This document shows, in pieces, positions 8,675-15,146 of a stretch of DNA of 16,064 nucleotides (its first letter is position 1; the number at the start of each line of letters is the position of its first letter). Below the pieces are notes generated by a model that saw nothing but the letters and a program-made list of their open reading frames with translations, searched no databases and was not told the origin of the DNA. Origin of the DNA: Gemmatimonadales bacterium (lineage in GTDB: Bacteria; Gemmatimonadota; Gemmatimonadetes; Gemmatimonadales; GWC2-71-9); contig JBBQFH010000045.1 in assembly GCA_038321865.1 (NCBI GenBank), positions 1 to 16,064 of the forward strand. The letters are read 5' to 3'. The position numbers and the translations under genes are program-made.

Positions 8675-9166
8675 TCAGGCCCCGAAGAGTTTGTCGATCT
8701 CGTCTTCCGCCTCGCCCAGGAACCCGCTCTCGACCTGGGGCGCGTCCGCATCGGTGCGGCTGAACATGTCCGTAAACACCTGATTGAGCTCCTGCACCGT
8801 GCTTTTCACCCGCAGCTTCACCAGCCCGAGCGTGGTCCGGTTGTCGAACAGCACGACCAGGATCACGCGCCGGGCAATGTCCGCCAGATACATCGATTCG
8901 CGCTCGCCCTGATGGAACAGGGCCCCGAATTCCGGCTCGCCGAGCATGCGGGCGAGCTGGTCGTTCGCACTGAAGTCGGCCGCGGTGAGGGACGCGAACG
9001 CGGTCGGGTCGAAGGCCGGCGTCTCGCCGGTGGTCGCCACCAGCTGTCCGGTGCGATCGACGATGAGCGCCGTGCGCGCATTGGACTCACGCAGAAATCC
9101 GGCGAGGATCCCGTCGATCCGCCGCGCATCGTCCTCGCGGAATGACCAGCTCGACGCACCCGACAT
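8675..9166 (-). CDS. mglB: MglB Roadblock/LC7-domain regulator (GAP) of MglA
   Basis: [26 protein letters not shown]...[37 protein letters not shown], acidic C-terminal helix [16 protein letters not shown] overlaps the upstream stop. Confidence 0.94.
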   Translation of the reverse strand: MSGASSWSFREDDARRIDGILAGFLRESNARTALIVDRTGQLVATTGETPAFDPTAFASLTAADFSANDQLARMLGEPEFGALFHQGERESMYLADIARRVILVVLFDNRTTLGLVKLRVKSTVQELNQVFTDMFSRTDADAPQVESGFLGEAEDEIDKLFGA

Positions 9167-9174
9167 AGATCCCC

Positions 9175-9444
9175 TCAGCCGAGAGTGGCTTCCATACGGC
9201 GCACGATCGCATCGGCGCGCCGTCGGAGCATGGGCCGCTGTTCCCAGGCCAGATAGTCGCGCAGGAGGCGGATCGTTTCGATCCCCTCCTGCCCCGCAAG
9301 AAATCCGAGTGCGGCGAGCCGTCGGATCGGCTCCGTGCTGAACAGGTCACGCCGGTGCCGCGTCATCCGGTGCTGCGCGAAGTACCAGCCGCCTGCCGCC
9401 CCGACGGCGGCGGCGCCGAAGAACAGCCCGCGCCGGGAGCGCAT
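9175..9444 (-). CDS. Hypothetical 89-aa protein with an N-terminal membrane anchor and a HEAT-like helical segment
   Basis: Exactly fills the recR-mglB gap. ATG overlaps the recR stop (TGATG); its own stop overlaps the mglB SD. Hydrophobic GLFFGAAAVGAAGGWYFA, then RRLAALGFLAG...IRLLRDYL...LRRRADAIV. Confidence 0.8.
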   Translation of the reverse strand: MRSRRGLFFGAAAVGAAGGWYFAQHRMTRHRRDLFSTEPIRRLAALGFLAGQEGIETIRLLRDYLAWEQRPMLRRRADAIVRRMEATLG

Positions 9445-10034
9445 CAATGGACTTCCTGGCGCGCCACCAGGGCATGCGCCAGGGTGACACCGTCCACGTA
9501 TTCCAGGTCGCCTCCCATCGGCAGGCCGCGCGCGAGCCGCGTGACCCGCACGGGCTGATCGGCCAGGAGTTGCTGGATGTAGGTCGCCGTCACCTCACCC
9601 TCCATCGACGGGTTGGTCGCGAGGATCACTTCGCGCACGCCGTCTTCCCGGACGCGCCGCACCAGCTCGTTGAGCCTGAGGGCCTCCGGGCCGATGCCAT
9701 CGAGCGGTGACAGCCGGCCGCCCAGGACGTGATAGCGGCCCCTGTATTCGGTGGACCGGTCCACCACACCCACGGCGAAGGCGTCCTCGACGACGCAGAT
9801 CACGCCAGCGTCCCGACGCGGGTCGAGACAGATGGCGCACGGCTGCGCCTCGGTGAGGTTGCCGCACACTTCACACGCCCGGACACGCTCGGTGACGGCA
9901 TCGAGGGCGCGGGCCAGGCGCCCGACCTGCTCGGCGGGCTGCTGCAGCAGATGGAAGGTGAGGCGTTGCGCGGTCTTCCGGCCGATGCCCGGCAACCGCG
10001 CCAACTCGGTAATCAGCCCCTCGATCGCGCTCAC
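9444..10034 (-). CDS. recR: Recombination mediator RecR
   Basis: HhH motif LPGIGRKTAQRL, C4 zinc finger CEVCGNL...CAIC, Toprim YHVLGGRLSPLDGIGP and EVILATNPSMEGEVTA, TRLARGLPMGGDLEYVD. Confidence 0.97.
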   Translation of the reverse strand: MSAIEGLITELARLPGIGRKTAQRLTFHLLQQPAEQVGRLARALDAVTERVRACEVCGNLTEAQPCAICLDPRRDAGVICVVEDAFAVGVVDRSTEYRGRYHVLGGRLSPLDGIGPEALRLNELVRRVREDGVREVILATNPSMEGEVTATYIQQLLADQPVRVTRLARGLPMGGDLEYVDGVTLAHALVARQEVH

Positions 10035-10036
10035 CG

Positions 10037-10345
10037 TCAGAGCGCCGGGGGAAACGGCAGCGAGGGCACCTTCCGCATCTCGCTCTGCAGCATGTCGGCC
10101 GCGCGCCGCTGTGCCTCGGCGACGGCAGAAAGCAACAGGTCGGCCAGCAGTTCGGCGTCGCGGCCGTCGAAGGCGGCCGGATCGATGGTCACCGACCGGA
10201 TCGTGCCCCGTCCATCGGCGCTCACGCGCACCATGCCGCCACCTGCGGTCGTCTCGATGATCCGCCCGGCCAGGTCACTCTGCAGTTCGGCCAACCGGCC
10301 CTGGACCTGCTGCCCGAGCTGAAACAGCTGTTGAATATCCGCCAT
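10037..10345 (-). CDS. ybaB: YbaB/EbfC family nucleoid-associated protein
   Basis: AGGGMVRV...G...SVTIDP...DAELLADLLLSAV; position between dnaX and recR. Start ATG 10345 (MADIQQL, 102 aa) preferred over 10378. Confidence 0.92.
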   Translation of the reverse strand: MADIQQLFQLGQQVQGRLAELQSDLAGRIIETTAGGGMVRVSADGRGTIRSVTIDPAAFDGRDAELLADLLLSAVAEAQRRAADMLQSEMRKVPSLPFPPAL

Positions 10346-10409
10346 GCGATATCTGCTCTTCCCCACGAAGTCATGCACGTTGCCCGGCGGCCCGGCGGGC
10401 GCCGCGATG

Positions 10410-12095
10410 TCAGTCCACGATCTCCAAATCTAACTCATCAGCGGCCGTGTCGAGGGCCGCATCCTTGGCGCGAAATCCCTTCAGCCGGTCGGCCCGGAGG
10501 CTCGCTCCCGACATCCGGCGCATCCGGGGATCCGGCGGCGGGGACGATTCCGACGCTCCCCCGATCTTGAGCCGCACCGGGGCGCCCACGGCCCGCCCGA
10601 TCACTTCTTCGATCGTCGCGGCCTGTTGTTCCAGCCGCTCGAGGAAGAGCGGGTTGGGTTCGGCCAGCGCCACCGTCAGGAGCGGGGCGGCGACGGCCAC
10701 CGGCTCGGTGCCACCGAGAGCCTCCGCCAGGAACCGGCTCCGCTCCCGCACCTGCGCCACCATGTCGCTCCAGCGCTCACGGATGCCCTCCAGGGTAAAG
10801 GGGACCTCCAGGCCAGCCGCGGACGCGGCAGGTGGGGCCGGTGCGGGGGCCGGCGGCGTGACGGCCGAGGTGGCGACGGGGTCCGGCAGTGGACGAACCG
10901 GTGTCGTCGCCGGCCTGGGCACCGGGGCGGGACCGGATGAGCGCGACGGGCCGCCGGCCGGCAGCGCGCCTGCGGCGAGGTAGCGCTCGAGATTGACCAG
11001 CCGGTCGAGCATCGTCCATCGCAGCAGCAGCGTCTCGACGACCAGCCGGCTGTTGGCGCTCCGGCGAATGGCCGTCTCGTTATCGGTGAGCATCCGCAGC
11101 ATGCGCAGCACGTCTCCCGGCTGAAGCTCGGCGGCATATCGGGCGAGGAGCTCTCCCATCGCCTCGGTAAGGCCCTCGGGCCTGGCCTGGACCTGGACCA
11201 TCAACATCGCCCGCAGCATCTCGGCCGCTCCGGTCATGAATTCGCCCAGGTCCGCGCCGGCCTCCATGAGCTGATCCACGAGCGGGAACACCGCAGCCGG
11301 GTTTCGCCCGACGACAGCCGCCAGCAGTGCGGCGTATACCTCATCACCGACGAGTCCGAGGATTTCGCGCACGCGCCCCGACGTGATGGCCCCCTCGCCG
11401 AAGCTGAGGCACTGGTCGAGCACCGACAGGGCGTCACGCATGCCGCCATCGGCGTGGCGCGCGATCAGCGTCAGCGCGTCCTCGTCGGCGGTCAGGCCCT
11501 CGGCCAGCAGCACGGCGCGCAGCCGGTCGCGGATCGCGGCCGGACCGATCCGCCGGAAGTCGAAGCGCTGCAGCCGGGACATGACCGGGGCGGCAGTGGC
11601 CGCGATCTTCTGCGGCTCGGTCGTCGCAAAGACGAAGACCACCCCTGGGGGCGGTTCCTCGAGAATTTTCAGCAGCGCATTCCAGGCCTCACGCGTGAGC
11701 ATGTGGGCCTCATCCACGATATAGACCTTGTGGTGGCCCTCCTGGGATGCCGCATACATCGCCCGCTCCCGCAGGTCACGGGCATCATCGACGCCGCGAT
11801 TGCTGGCCGCGTCGATTTCAATCACGTCGAGATTGGCCGAGCCGTTCCAGACCCGGAGACAGTTCTCGCACTCGCCGCAGGGATCGCCGCTCGGATCGCG
11901 GTTGGCGCAGTTGAGCGCCATGGCGAGGATGCGGGCCGCCGTCGTCTTCCCGACCCCGCGCGGCCCGGTGAGCAGATACCCGTGCCCCACGCGCCCGCGC
12001 GCCACGGCGCCCCGGAGCACGGCCGTGACGTGATCCTGGACCAGCAGATCGGCGAAGCGTTTCGGACGGTATTTGCGGGCGAGTGCTATGGACAT
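10410..12095 (-). CDS. dnaX: DNA polymerase III subunit gamma/tau
   Basis: MSIALARKYRP at ATG 12095 (561 aa), Walker A GPRGVGKTT, zinc site PCGECENC, EIDAASNRGVD, Walker B IVDEAHML, NALLKILEEPP, GGMRDALSVLDQ, Pro/Ala-rich linker and C-terminal domain. The 12161 start lies inside the SRP RNA. Confidence 0.97.
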   Translation of the reverse strand: MSIALARKYRPKRFADLLVQDHVTAVLRGAVARGRVGHGYLLTGPRGVGKTTAARILAMALNCANRDPSGDPCGECENCLRVWNGSANLDVIEIDAASNRGVDDARDLRERAMYAASQEGHHKVYIVDEAHMLTREAWNALLKILEEPPPGVVFVFATTEPQKIAATAAPVMSRLQRFDFRRIGPAAIRDRLRAVLLAEGLTADEDALTLIARHADGGMRDALSVLDQCLSFGEGAITSGRVREILGLVGDEVYAALLAAVVGRNPAAVFPLVDQLMEAGADLGEFMTGAAEMLRAMLMVQVQARPEGLTEAMGELLARYAAELQPGDVLRMLRMLTDNETAIRRSANSRLVVETLLLRWTMLDRLVNLERYLAAGALPAGGPSRSSGPAPVPRPATTPVRPLPDPVATSAVTPPAPAPAPPAASAAGLEVPFTLEGIRERWSDMVAQVRERSRFLAEALGGTEPVAVAAPLLTVALAEPNPLFLERLEQQAATIEEVIGRAVGAPVRLKIGGASESSPPPDPRMRRMSGASLRADRLKGFRAKDAALDTAADELDLEIVD

Positions 12096-12110
12096 GAATT
12101 CGGGTTGACG

Positions 12111-12130
12111 CGAGGAAGGAAAAGAAAAGT
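12111..12130 (-). terminator. U-rich tail after the SRP RNA closing stem (possible terminator or processing site)
   Basis: On the - strand ACTTTTCTTTTCCTTCCT follows the 8-bp closing stem directly; the U-tract is interrupted. Confidence 0.45.
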
Positions 12131-12227
12131 GCCTCAGGCTCCCCGAAGCGACACCGGGCATCGCTTAGCGCTGCTACCGGCAAGGTCCTGACGCGGTTCG
12201 CGCGCCGGCGCCCTTCGGACCTGAGGC
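12131..12227 (-). ncRNA. ffs: Signal recognition particle RNA, small bacterial (4.5S) type
   Basis: 97-nt rod closed by GCCTCAGG/CCTGAGGC. Contains the domain IV core GAACC-GCGT-CAGG-ACC-(TTGCC)-GGT-AGCA-GCGC-TAAG. Lies immediately upstream of dnaX-ybaB-recR, a well-known ffs/scr context. Confidence 0.93.
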
Positions 12228-12233
12228 GAAGGG

Positions 12234-12262
12234 AATATAGACGCTTCCGGTGCGGGAGTGAA
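12234..12262 (-). promoter_or_regulatory. Sigma70-type promoter for ffs (possibly also the dnaX operon)
   Basis: On the - strand TTCACT (12262-12257), 17-nt spacer, TATATT (12239-12234), then 6 nt before the first G of the SRP stem. Confidence 0.7.
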
Positions 12263-12282
12263 GCACCCCGGCAGGCGGCGAA

Positions 12283-13215
12283 TCAGGTGAGAATGGCCCG
12301 CTGACGCCGCTGCATCCGGCGGAGCTCCCAGGTCTCCGCGACGACACCGCCGAGCAGAAATACCAGCGCGGTGTAGTGCACCCAGATCACGAACAGGACC
12401 ACCGCCCCGATGCCGGCATCGCCCCCGGAGCCCCTGAACGACGCATGGGTGAGGTACACGGCATACAGCCGCTTGGCCAGTTCGAACGCCGCCGCCGAGA
12501 ACATGGCGGCGAGCAGGGCGGTCCGCCAGCGGAGCTTTCGGACAGACGCGAACTTGTAGACGAGGAAAAACAGCGAGATTGAGAAGACCAGCGTCAGGAA
12601 CTCGCCGATCACCACGCCGGCCGTGGACACCAGGAAGGGATAGCGGGTGAAGGCGGCGGCGCCCTGGGATTCGACGAACGCGAACGCCGTGGTCAGCAGC
12701 GTGTTCGCGAGAAAGAGCAGCAGGGTCGCGAGGACCATCGCGGTGTCGCGGCCCTTGGACAGGAAATAGCTCACGATCGGATTGCGCTCGCGCGGCGGCC
12801 TGACCGCCACATCGAAGATGTCGTTGAGTGAGGTCCTGAGGCTCCCGAAAAGCCGGGTACTGAACCAGACGAAGGCCGGGGCGGCATAGAGCGAGATCGC
12901 GGCGCGGTTCTTGGTCACTCGCGCCAGCAGATCCTCAACGACGGCGAACGGGTCGGTGCCGGTCGCGGTAACATGGGGCGGGAGAAAGCGGTGGAACAAC
13001 AGCAGGGGGTCGACGTTGGTGGCGCCGGCGAGGTGCTCGGCCAGAAACGTCAAGGCGATGAGCAGGAGGAGGATGAACGGGATGGCCGCCAGCAGCGCGT
13101 CGAACGTGACCGCGCTCGCCAGGAACGGGAGATGGCTCTCGTCGGCGGCCTGGAGCACGCGGCGGACGAACCCCCTGGGTGAGAGGTACCATCCGCCGCG
13201 GTGGCCGTTGCTCAG
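12283..13215 (-). CDS. YihY/virulence factor BrkB family membrane protein (start uncertain: CTG 13215 proposed, GTG 13158 is the first conventional start)
   Basis: FLASAVTFDALLAAIPF, STRLFGSLRTSLNDIF, FLVYKF...WRTALLAA...FELAKRLY, GAVVLFVIWVHYTALVFLLGG; about six TM segments. The frame stays open from 13158 up to a CTG preceded by GAGGAG. Confidence 0.88.
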   Translation of the reverse strand: MSNGHRGGWYLSPRGFVRRVLQAADESHLPFLASAVTFDALLAAIPFILLLLIALTFLAEHLAGATNVDPLLLFHRFLPPHVTATGTDPFAVVEDLLARVTKNRAAISLYAAPAFVWFSTRLFGSLRTSLNDIFDVAVRPPRERNPIVSYFLSKGRDTAMVLATLLLFLANTLLTTAFAFVESQGAAAFTRYPFLVSTAGVVIGEFLTLVFSISLFFLVYKFASVRKLRWRTALLAAMFSAAAFELAKRLYAVYLTHASFRGSGGDAGIGAVVLFVIWVHYTALVFLLGGVVAETWELRRMQRRQRAILT

Positions 13216-13628
13216 GCGAGCGGCTCCTCGAAGTCGGCGGCAGGGCGCCGGCGGCGGGCGCGCGCCTGCTCGAGACGCAGTTCGAGTTCCTCACGCGGGC
13301 CCGGGGCCGCATGGCCGTTCGCGGCTGATCCGGCGTCCAGCGCCTCGTCGTCCAGCGCCTCCTCGTCAAAATCCTCGTCATCGCTGCCGGCCAGCTCGCG
13401 CGCCTTGCCACCGATCGTCTGCATCAGGTCGTCGAGTTTCTCCTCGGACATCGCGCGAAGCTTCCAGAGCCGCCGCTGCAGATTCCTGCGGGTCTCCTCG
13501 CCGGTTCGTGGCGCGTACAGCAGCGCCAGACCCGCGCCCAGGCAGGCACCCCAGAACAGCCACTTGGCCGACGCATCGCCGCCGCGCTCGACATAGACGA
13601 CTTCGGGTTTCCCCTTGCGACTCATCAT
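13212..13628 (-). CDS. YtxH domain-containing protein
   Basis: WLFWGACLGAGLALLYAPRTGEETRRNL matches the YtxH pattern (hydrophobic helix plus APxxGxExR), followed by helical, acidic and basic segments. Start ATG 13628 or 13625. Confidence 0.88.
   Translation of the reverse strand: MMSRKGKPEVVYVERGGDASAKWLFWGACLGAGLALLYAPRTGEETRRNLQRRLWKLRAMSEEKLDDLMQTIGGKARELAGSDDEDFDEEALDDEALDAGSAANGHAAPGPREELELRLEQARARRRRPAADFEEPLA
13334..13363 (-). repeat. In-frame 15-bp tandem duplication in the YtxH acidic region (EEALD/DEALD)
   Basis: On the + strand cgtccagcgcctcgt followed by cgtccagcgcctcct, 14/15 identical. Confidence 0.8.
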
Positions 13629-13636
13629 GCTTCCCC

Positions 13637-15052
13637 CTATTCCCCGGCGTCGGGGTCGTCGGCCGCGGCGACCAGCACGGGCTTCAACGCCGCGTGATGC
13701 TGCATCGGGGCCTGGATGAAACGGTCCACCAGATCGGCGGTCCCGTTGACGTTGAGCTGCTCGAACAGAAATGCGAACATCTTTTCCAGATCGCCCGCGA
13801 TCGCCGCCCGCACGTCGGCCGGCAGCCCCCAGAGATCCTGCTTGAACGGTCCGATCGCCTTCTTGCGGGCCTTGTAGTAGAACTGCTCATCCGAGTCCGC
13901 CGGCTTCCGCTCGCCCTGGGCGTTCTCGTCCAGCCACGCGAGCATGCGGCGGCGCAGGTCGGACGGCAGGCGCGGATGGTCGAAGACGATATTCTGGAAA
14001 TTCGTCGCGAGGTGGATCTCGCAGGTCTCAACCCGGGGGAAGTTGCCGAAGGCGGCGGCCGGCAAGGTGCTCGCGCCGTGCTGGACCGCACCGGCAAGTC
14101 CGTATGTCTCGCGCGCGACCCTCGACAGCGCCGCGAGCGCCGGGATGTCGAGCTTCACGTCGGCGATCTTCCCGTCGGGAAGGACGACGCCCCCGTGCGA
14201 GGTCCCGGTCTGTACCGAAATCTTGCTGATGCCTTCATGGCCGCCGCGCGCGGCCAGCGTCGCGTTGTAGCCCTGCATGAAGGCGTCGAGCTCCTCGACG
14301 GTGCTGTTCTTCATGCCGACCTCGCCGATCTCCGCGCCGACCGACACCGTCACCCCTTCGGGCTCGAGTCCGCGGATGAATTCCGTGATCTCGGCCGCAC
14401 GCTCGAAGTTGACCCGCTGCTGCGCCGCCAGCGTCGGCTGCGCCAGATCGACCAGCGTGGACGTGTCGATGTCGATGTTGTAGAAACCGGCGCCGACCTC
14501 CTCGGCGATGAGCGTCTTGACCTCGCCAACTTCACCCTCGGGATCGGACTCGTACTTTTTGGCGTTCACCTGGCAGTGATCGCCCTGAATGAACAGCGGC
14601 TGGGTGTACCCCTCGCGCAACGCGGCGCCGATCATCACCGCCACGTATTCCGCCGGCCGCTGCCCGGTGTACGCGATTTCCGAGCGAGCGATTTCCAGGA
14701 TGATCGCACCGGCCTTGCCCTGGCGCGCCACACGGAATATCGCGCGGGCGGTATCGTAGGCCATCATCCGGACGTTCATCGCCGGCACCGTGAAACCACT
14801 GCATTCGCCCCGCCCGCGGGCGAGGTAAAGCCCGTGGATCGAGGCGGGACGCGGCCCAGTCACCTGTGCGAGCTCCCAGAGGAGCCAGCGCGACGCTTCA
14901 CGGTCGGCCTGCTCGCCGAACACGGCGTGCCAGACGAGCTGGTCCATCGCCGGTGAGCGCAGTCTCGACGAATCCCGGACGGCGACTCCGCCCGGAATGA
15001 GCGACACGGCACCGCCGAACAGATTCACCGCCTGCTGTATCGAGTCAGCCAT
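13637..15052 (-). CDS. Class II (metal-dependent) fructose-bisphosphate aldolase family protein, long form
   Basis: FTVPAMN, QGDH (Asp plus Zn-His), AEIGEVG, GTSHGG, VQHGAS. Downstream of pgi; SD AAGGA 9 nt upstream. 471 aa. Confidence 0.88.
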   Translation of the reverse strand: MADSIQQAVNLFGGAVSLIPGGVAVRDSSRLRSPAMDQLVWHAVFGEQADREASRWLLWELAQVTGPRPASIHGLYLARGRGECSGFTVPAMNVRMMAYDTARAIFRVARQGKAGAIILEIARSEIAYTGQRPAEYVAVMIGAALREGYTQPLFIQGDHCQVNAKKYESDPEGEVGEVKTLIAEEVGAGFYNIDIDTSTLVDLAQPTLAAQQRVNFERAAEITEFIRGLEPEGVTVSVGAEIGEVGMKNSTVEELDAFMQGYNATLAARGGHEGISKISVQTGTSHGGVVLPDGKIADVKLDIPALAALSRVARETYGLAGAVQHGASTLPAAAFGNFPRVETCEIHLATNFQNIVFDHPRLPSDLRRRMLAWLDENAQGERKPADSDEQFYYKARKKAIGPFKQDLWGLPADVRAAIAGDLEKMFAFLFEQLNVNGTADLVDRFIQAPMQHHAALKPVLVAAADDPDAGE

Positions 15053-15066
15053 GCATCACGATCCTT

Positions 15067-15098
15067 AAAAAAAGCAACGCCTCAAGTTAGCGGCGTTG
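15067..15098 (-). terminator. Intrinsic-terminator-like hairpin between pgi and the aldolase
   Basis: On the - strand CAACGCC-(GCTAACTTGA)-GGCGTTG-C-TTTTTTT: 7-bp stem, 10-nt loop, U7 tract. Confidence 0.65.
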
Positions 15099-15110
15099 GG
15101 GCCCCGAAAA

Positions 15111-15139
15111 AATCTAGGTCCCGCCAGGGGGCAGGTCAA
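15111..15139 (-). promoter_or_regulatory. Sigma70-type promoter upstream of the aldolase
   Basis: On the - strand TTGACC (15139-15134), 17-nt spacer, TAGATT (15116-15111); near consensus in a GC-rich background. Confidence 0.7.
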
Positions 15140-15146
15140 ACGGGCG

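Noticed and set aside
12081..12089. GAGTGCTAT, resembling a CIRCE half-site
   Set aside because: No partner half-site 9 nt away; it is simply the start of the dnaX coding sequence.
10410..12095. Programmed frameshift or slippage site producing the gamma subunit of dnaX
   Set aside because: No A AAA AAG heptamer or long A/T homopolymer was seen in the coding sequence; only a Pro/Ala-rich linker.
12131..12227. Inverted-repeat element (MITE/REP) interpretation of the long hairpin
   Set aside because: The conserved SRP domain IV motifs, correctly spaced promoter and dnaX context explain it as ffs.
12911..14956. 681-aa + strand ORF
   Set aside because: Antisense to yihY, ytxH and the aldolase, and codon-aligned with the aldolase; Arg/Pro-rich with no motifs. 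Typical GC-rich shadow ORF.
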